Below are positions 1-14,300 of a stretch of 64,000 nucleotides of DNA, piece by piece. Positions within the stretch are counted from its first letter, which is position 1, and each line of letters begins with the position of its first letter. The notes under the pieces were generated by a model. That model searched no databases. It was not told the DNA's origin and saw only the letters and a program-made list of their open reading frames with translations. This DNA comes from the human T2T-CHM13v2.0 reference genome, Homo sapiens: the NCBI RefSeq assembly GCF_009914755.1, contig NC_060929.1. One strand, 5' to 3'. Position numbers and translations under genes: made by a program.

Positions 1-583
1 CCTCACTTCCTAGGTGGGATGGCGGCCGGGAAGAGGCGCTCCTCACTTCCCAGACTGGGCTGCTGGGCAGAGGGGCTCCTCACATCCCAGACGATGGGTG
101 GCCAGGCAGAGATGCTCCTCACTTCCCAGACGGGGTGGCGGATGGGCAGAGGCTACAATCTCGGCACTTTGGGAGGCCAAGGCAGGCGGCTGGGAGGTGG
201 AGGTTGTAGCAAGCCGAGATCACGCCACTGCACTCCAGCCTGGGCAACATTGAGCACTGAGTGAGCGAGACTCCATCTGCAATCCCGGCACCTCGGAAGG
301 CCGAGGCAGGCAGATCACTCGCGGTCAGGAGCTGGAGACCAGCCCGGCCAACACGGTGAAACCCCGTCTCCACCAAAATATACAAAACCAGTCAGGCGTG
401 GCGGCACGTGCCTGCAATCCCAGGCACTGGGCAGGCTGAGGCAGGAGAATCAGGCAGGGAGGTTGCAGTGAGCAGAGATGGCGGCAGTACAGTCCAGCCT
501 CGCTCGGCATCAGAGGGAGACAGTGGAGAGGGAGAGGGAGAGGGAGGGGGAGGGGGAGGGAGAGAGGGAGAGGGAGAGGGAGA
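1..583 (-). mobile_element. SVA retrotransposon, 5' portion (CCCTCT hexamer, Alu-like domain, start of VNTR); continues off the left edge; probably an older subfamily
   Basis: VNTR units 'GCTCCTCACTTCCCAGAC' at 1-150; Alu-like domain 'GGAGCTGGAGACCAGCCCGGCCAACAC...GGCAGTACAGTCCAGC...GGCATCAGAGGGAGA' at about 150-520; (GGGAGA)n at 525-583, the reverse complement of the SVA 5' hexamer. Subfamily is inferred from recalled consensus. Confidence 0.96.
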
Positions 584-794
584 ACTTTTTTTGATAGGAC
601 TAAAAGACTGCCTACTCTGTATCCACGAGGCCAGAGAGGAAGAAGCCACTAGTCTATCACCACGCCAGACCAATTCTAGCCATAGGTTGAGCCAGATCAG
701 AACTGGGGTGACTTAAAGAACAATGGCATGTATTACTTTCATCAATTTTATCGACTTGGTCATCTTTCACAGAGCCGTGAGCTACTTATATCTA

Positions 795-960
795 AAATTA
801 GAAATAGAAGGTATTTAGAGATCATTTAGTGCAAATGCTTATATTAGAAACCAGGAGGCTGAGGCCTAGAAAGTTTTTATAGGATGCTGTAAGGGTTGCT
901 TCAGGACCAGAGGGCAGTATCTTTGAGAAGCAGACTTTCAAACTTTCGAACATTTTCCAC
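795..960 (-). mobile_element. MIR-family SINE fragment (MIR3-like)
   Basis: 'TAGAAGGTATTTAGAGATCATTTAGTGCAAATGCTTATATTAGAAACCAGGAGGCTGAGGCCTAGAAAG' resembles the antisense MIR3 core. Confidence 0.5.
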
Positions 961-1507
961 CACATCAATAAATAGTTGTTTCTGATAGAGCAGATTTTTT
1001 TGTGGGCTCTTATAGCTAGCTAAACCTACATACTTATCTTGCTTTTATCATAAAATGGCTAGATATAGAAAAAATATGGAAAGGTACAGAGGTAACTTTG
1101 GCAAGAGATGCAAAGCAGACAGGAGAAAGCTTGAGGTGATACTTTGAGTCTGTACATACATAAAATAGCTCCGTGCTGTGAGTAATGGTCTTCCCAAATG
1201 AGTGCCTCTCAGATACCTGGGTCACAGAGTGAGGCGCCAGTCCAGAGCAATATGTTCTAGTAACAATCTACTTCCCTCAAGACTTCTGGACAGGATGTAC
1301 AAGCATGCTAAAGACTATCACTCCTTTGGTAACAATGAAAACAAACAAAATAAGAAATATGCTTTGATACAGGGAAAAAGGAGTAAGATGGATGCAATAA
1401 ACCCTTGATGAACTTAATTCTAAGAGAAATAAGCTTTTTATAGGTGAGCAGGGAGCCATGACAGCTTCCATACCTAGGCATGCACCTGGTCTGGGTACAG
1501 GTAGTAA

Positions 1508-1851
<344 letters not shown>

Positions 1852-2869
1852 AAAATTGGCCAAGTTTTATAGGACAACACGATGTGGCTAGAAGGACTGG
1901 ATTCTGGAACAGCCCCAAATGCAAAGACACATCACTTGGCCCAACAATTCTTCCCCTGTTTCTCATCCCCACCATGAGGTTTCCTGAGAAAAACAGCAGT
2001 AGGGGAGTAACTGATAAGCAGGGAGCAACTGCATAACTCTGTACATTCTGGGGCCCCAACAAAGTTTAATTCAAAGGTAAACCAAAAAGATCTGATTCTT
2101 CAGCCAATCCCCACCCAACTCAACTACTGACAAAGTCAAGCAGTCAGCAGCTTGAGATGATGGAACGCAGGTGAATTCACTATAATATGAGCTTTTCAGC
2201 TCTTGATTTGTATCTAGTGCATCTTGACAATGAAGGGGGATTATGTCATCTGGTCTTAAGATCAAGTCATTAATTTAGCATAGAACAGAAGAGAGGAGGG
2301 ATGGTGAGTTTCAATAATCATTGCCAAAGAACAAGCAAAAATGAAATTTATTCAATTCCTGCTGCTATCCCAGATTGTCTCTACCTGTTCATTGGCAAAC
2401 AGCATTCTGTCCAATCATCCACTTTTAAAACAAAGAACATGGTAGTGCCATTCTTATCAGTTTTCAGCTTTGCATAGGCCAAGAGGAATCCTTAGAAACT
2501 TAGGCTGCAAGAAAGGGCAACTGGGATCTCTGACCCACCCATATCAAATTGCAACTTGACATAACCAGAGCTTCTAGGGCAGAATAATTATAAATAGTTC
2601 ATCCACAAGCTTGAGCAAAAGCAGCTCCACTTTTGCCTTCCTTTGTGGGTCATTTTGAGGCAGTTCAGTCTTGCTCACAGATCAGTTCTTCTAGATGGCC
2701 AACAAAATAATTCAGGAGGCAATGGTGGGCAAATATTTCAATGAATTGCACCCAAGAACTAGGATTTGGCAACTCACACGTCCATAGAAGATCAAAGAAA
2801 GAGGACATACAGTTTTCCTCATTCACCTTGATCTACATAAGAGTCAGAACATCATTCCAAAAAGTCCGT

Positions 2870-2930
2870 GACAGAGTAGTCAAATTCGTAGAGCCAGAAA
2901 GCAGAGTGGTGTGTGCCAGGGACTGAGGAA
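2870..2930 (+). mobile_element. Short L1MB-type 3' UTR fragment
   Basis: 'AGAGTAGTCAAATTCGTAGAGCCAGAAAGCAGAGTGGTGTGTGCCAGGGACTGAGG' matches the recalled L1MB 3' UTR motif. Confidence 0.6.
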
Positions 2931-5657
2931 GCCCCCTTTCAGCCCATGAGAGAAACATACAAGTCTGTAAATATTCAGGTCTGCCTTGGAGGGGAAAAGG
3001 AGGATAAGGGGATTTAAGCAATCCAAGTAACAATAATAAAACTAAATATGACATTAACATGAAAAGTCTGTACGAGGCATTGTACCAAGCAATGTCTGTA
3101 CCAGGCATTTTATCTGTAGTTTGTTCAACCCAGGACTGAGCAGACACCTACTGTTCTGATTTTAGGAAGAATTCTTATGTAATACCTGAAGTCTTTGCCA
3201 ATGAGCCCGATTACCCTGCTTTAGGGTTCACAGATGCATATTGGTGATGGAGAGTCTGCTGGTTGTGAAACAGATATTAATGCCCTTGTAGCTCAATTTT
3301 TAAAATGTGTGAACTATACAGGTCCTTTTTAAGAAATAAAATTTTCTCCTATTACTGAGAGTAAATCCACAGGCCCTTATTTGAGAAACACTGACTTAAA
3401 ATATTGAAGACTTCCTCCATGAAAGTCATGCAATAGCAAATCACCACTGCAGAATAGAAATGTTGTCTAAGTGATAAAAATAAAATTATCATCATAACAA
3501 AAATACTAAATTAAAAATTTTTTAATTTTCTTACAGTTCATGGAGCCCCCTCCCCTTCCAAAAATATGCCCAGAGATCTCTGTTTGAGAATTACTTCTCT
3601 TAGAAAGTTTTGGGAGCCTCTGACAGCCATGGTTGATGGGGGCGGCGGGAAGCAGGAAAAAAATTAAATGTTTTGGTGGTGGCGGTTCTAAATAAAAAAC
3701 ATTTTAAATTACTTCGTGAAATGGGAAGTAAGGCTAGGAAATAAATATATGTACATATAGAGGGAGAAATAATGTTTAAGTACTTTATTTTCAGTAGATA
3801 TTAGGTGGCTTGATTGAGTACATCCAGCTATTTTGGAAAATGGCAGCTAGTGAAAATATTTTTCAGCAACAAGACTTGGGGTGTTTGTCTCCATTTCAGC
3901 ACCCCCTTTCTTCTCAAGCAATTTGATTTGGGGTGACTTGTTTAGGAGATTTAGACAACGCTTTCATGTGAATATTTATATGGGCAGATTTTGTTTTCCC
4001 CTTGGGCTGTACGGCTGCCAGCCATTTATTGCCTGCTTGGTACAGGGGCAGGTTTTTTGTTTTGCTTTTTTCCCTTTCCCCTCTGTGGTTCCTACAATAG
4101 AAATAATCATTTTTTAAAATGGAAAGGAACCCACTCCCTTTTCATAATCTCAGCTACAGATCTGCTTTTGATTCTGCATGCTTCATTTTGTTCCCTGAAG
4201 GATAATTTGGAGATTTGAGTAATTAACCCAAGACTCATAGGAGGCAGTCTTTCGGAGGCTGGTAATTTTGCTGTGGTGGAGTCGGCTGCTGTCAAGCATT
4301 AACTTCTTAATAATGAAGCCTTTCAGACCCTCTGCTATTGGCACAATGATGCACTTGAAGCTAGTGGCTTGGCGGAGTGTAAGCGGGCCACTTCTATTCT
4401 TTCCTTGGACAAAATAGTCCTCTTGATCTCTGGGTTGGAGCTATTTTTAGTTTAGTTCAGTTCTTTTTTGCTTTTTAACTTGGTGGGCAAGTCTTTCACT
4501 TATATTTTGATCCACTGCTTAATCTGTTGCCTTTTTTCAAAAAGACCTGCAAAAAGGCACCCTTCCCAATATCCAGCAGCTAGTCCCCCCTTTCAGTATA
4601 TTTAGAATCCTCTTTTTAGAAAAGCTGTGACTCAACTCCTGCACTAAATGGGACCTTGCTTCTCTGATCCCAGTACACTTCCTGCTATTAACATGGTAAT
4701 GTCTGTGGTGCAGCACTGGGGACAATCACACCTGCAATTAAAAACCAAATTAGGATGTATCTTTTCTTGGCAAACAGGATCCACAGAAATTCGAAGACAG
4801 CTGCTGCCCCTCCCCTCCCATTCCCACTCATCTTTTAATTCCCTCTTTCGAGCTTTGAGCAGGGAAAAGAACTAGAAATTTCTGGTTGTTATTTGATGAG
4901 TCAGTATTTTAACTGATTCGGCAAATACTGAGTGCTTACCATGGAACAGACTTTTTATCAACTTGAGATAAGCAGAGCCATTTTATCAACTTGTCATTGT
5001 GAGCTCTGTGACTAGGACCTATGTGCTTTGAAAAGGATTATGAAAATACAAGACCTAATGTATTTGTATTATAATATATATAGCAATTATACACATACAT
5101 ATATAACAATCCCATAAACACAAAATTAATCAATGGTTAATGTCGACCAGCAGCATTCTATCAACTTAATTAATTATAGACCTTAAAACAAAATCCCAGT
5201 ACATTTGCAAGCAGTTTATAGGTAGATTTTCCAAAGATTTCCAAATATTCTCCTTATAAACTAAATTAGTTTTTTCATAATCAAATAATTTCAAAAAACA
5301 TGTTTTATTTAAAATTTCTAAAAATTCTTTTCGTGCCAGAAATTACTGTTCATGTGAGATGTATATTGTCAAAATGCTTCATTTGAGAAGAGCCTCTGAA
5401 GGCTTTAAAGTAGTGCAGTGAGAGCAGATGGGGGGAGTTCATGGAGGTAGAAGCTTACAATTCTGTGTGGACAAGGCTACATATAATGCTAGGACCCTAC
5501 TTAAGAAGATACAAAGGATGTGTCTTAGCGACCTGCTGCATTCCTGTTAATACTCAGCTATTAATACAAAGCACACATTGTTCCCAGGTAGGTCTTACTA
5601 TTATCTGTGCCATTGATGCCCCTTGGAATATTTGAAGACAATTCTCATGTCAACTCA

Positions 5658-6400
<743 letters not shown>

Positions 6401-8449
6401 CTTCTTAAAGTTGACAAGCTGGCCTTCTGTGTTGGAGAGGACAGAGGTGAGCAAGCATGGAACTGGTGACTGCACCTTGGGGATTACTGCAAAATTATGT
6501 CTGCCTTTGTGTTTAACTTGTCCCATTACCTACAAAAATCCAACAAAGGAATTGTTCTCTATTCTGTCAATAAAGACACAACAGATTATTTCTTTAACGT
6601 TTCACTAGAATAATGGTATTCTGATTTTCAACAAATATTCAGGCAGGAATAGTGCTTCTGTAGTTTCTATTTGCAGCTTAATATTGTATGTCACATATAA
6701 TGTTAACATGATATGACCCAAGATTCACATATACTAACTCGTTATGGCATTTCTTGTAGGAACAAGGCCTCTGAGTCTAGGATGATGAAGTTAAATTTAT
6801 GTGAGGCCAAAAAATAAATAAAAATAATGGCTCTGCCCCAGTTGTTGCATAGCTATAAGGTTAGATGGGACCTGGATAGGTCATTTTATCATCCCTCTAC
6901 CCCCTATTAAGTCATGCTATAAATCTGTCTTCATTTTCCTTAGGCCTTCCTTTGTCTACCTTTTTCAAAATTTTCCATAAACCATGTTTTCTGAGTTGTC
7001 ATACACATTTTAATTTTTGAAGGTTTAGGGACAGTGTCCAATTCAATGTTCCTTGTTTGGCTTTGCCTCTTGGCCCAGATCTAAAGTTCTTGGATCTCTG
7101 ATAAGTACTTAATGGCCTTGGGGACGCGAAAAGAAGAGTGGGCCTTGCTCTGGATTAAAGGCTCAGAAACCCAGGGAAGGCGCCACATTCCCTGGCTGTG
7201 TTAATTAGCCATGCCTGTTGCTAGTAAGTCTCTGGAGATATTTTACTAGGATCACAGAAGCAATTTGCAATGCCCAGAGTGGGGGAAAAAAACAACACCC
7301 AGGCTTTATAAATCTCATAGAAAAGAACTTTGCCTTCTCCAAAGAATCATTCTCCTTATATTTAACATTATTTTTTTGAAACCAGAACAAGGGAACATAG
7401 AAATTGAACCTCTGTAATTCAAAGTGAACTATGGAAATGCATTGCTCTTTCCCCACTTGTGTAATTCAATTCAGTGTTCTTACTCTGCAACAAAACCTTT
7501 ACTATTAATAGCTGAAAGCATGGGTTTATAATCATTTTTAAAAATTCTATGGATCTTATCCATGGAATTTATTTGCTCTTCAATACTATCTTTCCCCCCA
7601 GGGACTCATTACTCATTTACACATCTAGAAAGTAAATAGTGTGCCATTAACTAGAGAAAAATGCAGCCTCCAATTCATGGCACCAGGATATGGGCTTTTT
7701 TTTTTCGTTTCTTTCTTTCTTTTCTTTTTTTTTTTTTTTCAAACAAGACAAGCATTTGGAAACAGAATACTTTAAAAGGAAAAGATCAGAACTTGTTTTT
7801 CAATGAGTTGAGAACAACAGCCACCATTGTAGCCCAAAGCAAGGGTCTTAAAAACAGTTCAGGGGAAAAAAACCCATAACAGACTATTACATATAAGCTG
7901 AAGATTTAGATTAAATATTCTTAAGTCCCAAATGGATTTCAATTTCTATCTTAACGTGTTTATCTATTTGCAAATTTAATCATGACTTTTAAAAAAAGAC
8001 TTCAGGGTTCTTATAAATTGAAAACATTGGTAGTAATTATTTTAACTAGAAATGGGGACATATTTTCATAGCAGCTATTGATCTGTGGCCTAATTGGCAC
8101 CATAGGGAAAATTCTTCCCAGTATTCTCTGGGTTGGGAAGAATAGTACATGATCTGGTTTCATCAAAAGACTATAAGCAACATAGTGAGAACTTGTCTCT
8201 TAAAAAAAGGACTGTGGGTCGAGTTCATCATAAAAGGGCAGCATGACTCCTGTGTGTATGACACCTATATCAAAGGACAGGCATTCCTGACTTATCATCA
8301 TTAATCTTGTATGTGTCTCAGGATTGCAAAGAATTGACTTCCCCCTATGTTTGGTTGGTTATGCTAGGTTTCCCTGGAGACCAGGGTAGAGAAGAACTAT
8401 ACAAGATGTCACCTTTTTTTTTCTCATAGACAGCTGGATATAATGTTAA

Positions 8450-8662
8450 TATTAGTAATATCTGACATTTAGAAAACATTTATTTTGTGCTTGGTACAAT
8501 TCTTGATGCTTCACATATATGAACACATTTATTTCTAACAACAATGTCAGGGAGGCACATTAGCATTCCTATTTTACAGAGGAGGAAACTGAGACCCAAA
8601 GGAGGTAAGCTATTTCCAAAGTGCAAGCAATTGGCTTGAGCCCATGTGGTCTAGCTTTAGAG
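8450..8662 (-). mobile_element. MIR SINE
   Basis: Antisense MIR core 'CCTATTTTACAGAGGAGGAAACTGAGACCC'. Confidence 0.8.
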
Positions 8663-8669
8663 TGGCATT

Positions 8670-8980
8670 AGCCTAAAGGAATATAATGTGAGATACATAT
8701 ATAATTTTAAATTATCTCATAGCCACATTTAAAAAAAGTAAACTGAAATGTATGAAATTAATTTTAATAATGCATTTTCTCTAGCTCAATATATTCTAAA
8801 TATTATCATTTCAACACATAAAGTGTAAAAATAATGAGATATTTCACATTTTAAAACTCTTTTTAAACTAAGTCTTTGAAATCCACTGTGTGGTTTGCAC
8901 TTTCAGCACATGTCAGCTTGGATTAGTCGTGTTCCAAGTGCTGGATGCCACATGTGGCTCAGGTCTACCAAACTTGAGTC
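8670..8980 (-). mobile_element. MER33 (hAT-Charlie MITE)
   Basis: 'ATAATTTTAAATTATCTCATAGCCACATTTAAAAAAAGTAAA...GAAATTAATTTTAATAAT...CTAAGTCTTTGAAATCC...CAAGTGCTGGATGCCACATGTGGCT' follows the MER33 reverse complement over about 310 bp. Confidence 0.85.
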
Positions 8981-10159
8981 AACATCTCAATGTCTCTTGC
9001 TCTGCAGTCACTCCTCTCTTTGGTTGGAGGCAGCTTCTAAGTCCAGAATCGGAGTAGAGTAGGGGATTAGGAGGCAGTTTATGGGAGAACTGGAAGCAGT
9101 AGAGCCCTTCCATCCTGTTGGTGCCTTTGTGTATATTAGAGTAAGGGCCAGCTCTGGGATGACACAGTCCCTTGGGTTGACAGATGATTGGATGGATGGC
9201 AGCCCTCACTCACCCCCATAGGCCACAAGCTCCACAGCCACACACCACCACCCTGCCTGTGACCTCCAACACTCAGTGGCCTCCTTGCAAGGACTCTAGG
9301 CCTATGGGGAAAGGAGTATGGAAAAGGCTGCCTGGAAGGGCAGTTCTTGCATGTGGGCAGAGTGGGGCTGGGTGTTCATGTCAGGGAGAGAAGTGAGAGC
9401 ACGGCCTTTGGGGGGCGTCATGGTGTGGCTCTGTGCCACTGGGAGACTGCTGCTGGGCAGAATGATATGAGGCATCCACATCACTGTCCAGCACATAAAA
9501 TGCAGAGGCCTTCCCCAGTCCTCAGCTGCCTTGAAACCGTAACTTGTATGTGTTTTCTGTTTTTCTGTTGTTTCTGAAGACAGTCCTCTCTGGGGCCACA
9601 GGCTCAGTCTCTCTTGCATTTTGTTACCTTTTCCTTCATTACAAACATATTGTTCACTAGATTGTAATGGTTGATTGTAGTGGTAGATTGTAGGTCATTG
9701 TCCCTGTTACCTGATGTCTTTCCTCTGAAAGGAGAGGGTTGCAGGGCAGCTAATGCTCTAATAAATCAGGTAGGCTTTAGACGACAGGAAGCTGGCAGTG
9801 GCCAGGGGACCAGGGTGGTTTCCCTAGTGTCCTGGGTAGCCCAGGATTGACTAGTGGGGGCGAGGCATCACAGGAGTGTCAAGGGGGATCCATCCTGTCA
9901 TAAAGTGGGACCTTCCCTTACAGGTCAGTCTGCTACTGCATATCCAATATGCACACACTCCTGCTCTGCTCTGAAGTTATGTCAGAAAAAGCAATCCAAG
10001 CCCCCACCTCCTCAGTCAGTCAATGTTATAGATGAATGGAGGGTGGGACTAGGAAGGAAAAGAGGATGACGGAGCAGATGTGTTCATAAACACTTCTGTA
10101 CTTGCACCTTGCAGAAAGCATTTTCCCAGAGAAATTGTCACAGAAAGAAAAACGTTTAA

Positions 10160-10612
10160 ATTACTGGTACACTTAAACTGTTGTTATAGCTACTTTGAAA
10201 AAAAGCTATTTAGCAATGTCTACTAATACTGAACTCCCATATACCCCATGGCCCTGAGATTTTACTCCCAGGTACATATCCAATAGGGATGTGTACGTAT
10301 GTTTTCCAAAAGACACATACCCAAATGTTCATGGTGTTGTTTATCATAGTAAAAAAGTAGAAACAACCCAAATATCATTGACAGGAGACTGGTTAAAAAA
10401 GTTATGTGTAGTCACACAATATACAATATGTGTATTGTATACATATATAACACAATAACAAGAATGAACAAACTAAAACAATAATATTGATGGTTCTCTC
10501 AAATAAAATGTTGAATAAAAGAAACCAGACACAAAGGAATACATGTTACATCATTTCATTTATACAAAGTTCAAAAACAGGCAAAACTAATCTACAGTGT
10601 TAGATGTCAGGC
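10160..10612 (+). mobile_element. L1ME-type 3' fragment
   Basis: 'TTTTACTCCCAGGTACATATCCAATAG...GAAACAACCCAAATATC...AAAGTTCAAAAACAGGCAAAACTAATCTACAGTGTTAGATGTCAGG' is typical of old L1ME ORF2 end and 3' UTR. Confidence 0.8.
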
Positions 10613-10682
10613 TACTATATTTGATATTGTAACCCACAGCATATAGCACCTATATCACTGAATGGAAAGGATAATGAATCAG

Positions 10683-11125
<443 letters not shown>

Positions 11126-11154
11126 TATTAATACTGGTTAGGCTCCCAGAGTAG

Positions 11155-11312
11155 CCCAGACGTTACCTAATCTCTTTAAGCCTCAGTTTCCTCCTCCATA
11201 AAAAGAAGAAAATAATGGCACCCTTCTCATAGGGCAGTTGCGGGATTGGACGCGTTAATGCACATTAAGCTCTCTCTTGGCACAGTGACTGGCATGAGAT
11301 CACGCTTGCATG
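11155..11312 (+). mobile_element. MIR SINE
   Basis: 'GTTACCTAATCTCTTTAAGCCTCAGTTTCCTCCTCCATAAAA...CTCATAGGGCAGTTG...GGCACAGTGACTGGCA' is the MIR core and 3' part. Confidence 0.8.
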
Positions 11313-14300
11313 TGAGTGCACATACACACACACACACACACATACTTTTATTAGTAGTTGTATTTCTAAATACATGCAGGTCTTTCCTTGGGCAAATAAA
11401 CATTTTAAATCCCTGTTCTCAGGACTCACTGATAACGTGAACTAATCTTCCAGAGGAGACTCAGAGGTGACTCATTACTCTAGGGAAGCCAAGTTCCTTG
11501 GTGATTAGGACTTCTGGGATTTCCACCTAGACGTGGGCTTCTTTAAGTTTTTTTCTCTTTTCCCATATGTTCTACTGGGCTGTTTTCTTATCTGCTCTGG
11601 TCTTTTGGTCAGGACCTGAGATCATTTGGGCTGGTACAGTGTAACTGTACTTGCACAATCGTCGTTTTTAAGTCATCTTAGCTTGGGAAGTGTTGGCCTC
11701 TGCTAAGAGTAAGCCCTCCTACTTGGCCATGAGATCTGACCAGCTCCCATTGCTTCCTCCAACAACAAGGGCTTTATGCTCTCATGCAAAAAGACCAGCT
11801 GTCAGCTTAAATTTCCCTAATCCAGCCAGATCCCAACTCAGCCAATCAACAGTCGCTATCTGGGGGAAGCCCATCTGTGAAATGCAGCCGTGCCCTTACT
11901 GGAATGACATGTCATAAAAATTAGTTTGGGCACTAATCTAAGGAAGCTTTGTGCTGAGTCGAGGGACTGCGAGGTCCCGGTTGGTGTCCTTCTCTTTGCC
12001 AAAGAGCTGGACCAGATGAGAAGTGCCCAGTTTGAAAAGACAGAAAATGCCTCCACTTCCTGTTTCCCTTCACCCTGAACCCCTTGTGATGCTGTCCTTG
12101 GGATGAGGGGAGACCCTTACCCACTCCCCCAAGTCTTCTTCTCTGGGCAGCTGGTTCCTCTGTCACCCAAGAGGGCTAAAACGATGGACAGAAATATATC
12201 ATATTGCTGTTTTTTTTTTTTTTTTGGTGGAGATTTGTTGGTTTTTAACTGCAAGATTATATTACTAACTCATGTTGGCTTGTTTGTTTAAAAAGGACAA
12301 ACTCATTCCTATGAGAAAGATTTTTCTAGTATATGTTTCCCCTCTCATCTCTATAAAAATAGTTGTTCCCAAAACATATTTTTTTAAACTACTGAGAACA
12401 ATAAAGCATCTAGATTTTCATTTTGTTATAGTATAATGGCCCAGGTGACTTTTCCCCTCAGACCTACTGTCCTGACCTGTTTGCTTCCTCAGTTTACACC
12501 ACACTCTCTCCTTACTTCCTGACCCTTTAATTATATCCTCCTTTTAGCCCCCGTCTCATGACTACAGAGGGACTTGGGGAGATGGGCAGTCGGTGCTTGG
12601 CCAGAGGCAGAACTGAACCTGGCTTGCAGGTGGGTGCCCGCTCGCCTCCCAGCTTGCTGAGCATGGTGGGAAATGTGAGGAGGCCTGGAACCTGGCCTTG
12701 ACTTCAAGGATCCTGAAACTTGGGTTAGGAAATGGTTTGTGCACACGTGAAGTTTCCCAACCATACATGACAGAATATGAGTGCTATAGAGGACACCAGC
12801 ATAACAAGGGCATGCCATTGCCTGCCCGACTCCACATACTGTGTCTGGCAATCTTGTTGCCACTATTTCTCCATGTTTGGATCACATGTATTCAGTTTTT
12901 AGTGATTTTTAATTGAGGACCTACCTATGTACCCTATATGGTTCCAGGGGTCATGGGATGCATTTTATTGGCGACACCTTACCATTCAGCCTGCCTGGAA
13001 GTGTGCACAGGGCTGACTTCAACCAATTAAAATGTCAACTTTATAGAAATGAGCTTAAAGGATCAGGAGAAGTCCTCTTTACATCACTAAGTAACTGAAT
13101 AATGTGCTTCCTCTGTGCCATTTTAAAAAATCATCATGCCTTCAATCCTAACATTGGAACTGTATTTTCAGACAGTCACGTGGACATTTTTACGCTTGCT
13201 GATTTTTATCTAATTTTAAATGATTTTGAAATATTTCCTCAGAGTATAGGTTCTTTCCTAGAAGTTTATAAGTGTGAGTTCTACGGTAAAATTGAGGGGA
13301 AAAAACCCATCATTTTAATTTAAAAAAACCAAACCTACAGATTTTTTGTTTTTTTTTAAAAGCATTTTCCTTGCATGAATTAGGAACATTTCAGACTCAA
13401 TTATTTCTACTTTTTAAAAATTTTAAACTGATTTTTGGAATAAAGGGAACTAATCAGTGTTTTAGCCACATCTTTGCTTCAAGGCAATATAATTAATCAG
13501 ATTGCTATTTTAAGTCAGCCTGGGTGCTGCGTTGCCAGCTTTATAGTTTGAGGGGCTTAGGAAATATTTTCTAAGGACTTTGTACATACATAATAATGTC
13601 AGACCAAAAGAAAAAAATCAATGCATGGGTTAAAAACCGCATATTTATCCCATTTTATATGGTGAAATTTGTCTATTATATCATTTAACAGAAAACCATG
13701 AAGCCTCTCACACTATTTTGGAGAGTATAGCATTGACTAAAGCGAGGTTGAAATGAATTAAAACTGAGAGACAGAGAGAGAGAGATTTAAAAATATTTTA
13801 TTCATTAATTCATTCACTCACTTATTTGCTTATTCATTAAACATGACTAAGGGCTCATTAACACATTAGTAGGTGCTATAAAGCAGAGTATGACATTTCT
13901 CTCAAGCTCTTGAGATCCCTTTTAAGCTACCCTTCCTCCTTTCTCACATTCTGGCTGACTCTCCTTCTAGGATAAGTGGATCTCTACTGCAACTCTGCAC
14001 AGCCACGCCTAACCTCCTCCAGACACTCTCTACCTCTATGCCTTTGCTTCATTATTTTTCTGCTCACTTGTCCAAACCTCATCCTTCTTTTCCTAATAGC
14101 TCAACTCAGGCCTAGCTTCAAAAAAATAAGCAATTTGTATTGAGCTCCAATATAGAGCTATGAGGGTTCTTATATATAAAGAAGTACAAGATGCAACCAG
14201 GACTGTACAAACCCTGCTATCCTGCTTAGGAGTTGTGAGCCATGCTTCAAGCTTAGAGGATGTTGGCAACATATGGCATGTGTGTAATACCAGACAACTG

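Noticed and set aside
14-716. Cluster of overlapping ORFs, including Pro-rich and Gly/Glu-rich ones
   Set aside because: They are translations of the SVA Alu-like domain and hexamer repeat.
4953-4993. 13-bp direct repeat TTTTATCAACTTG with a 15-bp spacer, as a possible array or TSD
   Set aside because: Only two copies, no A-tail or element between them; consistent with chance or a small duplication, not CRISPR-like.
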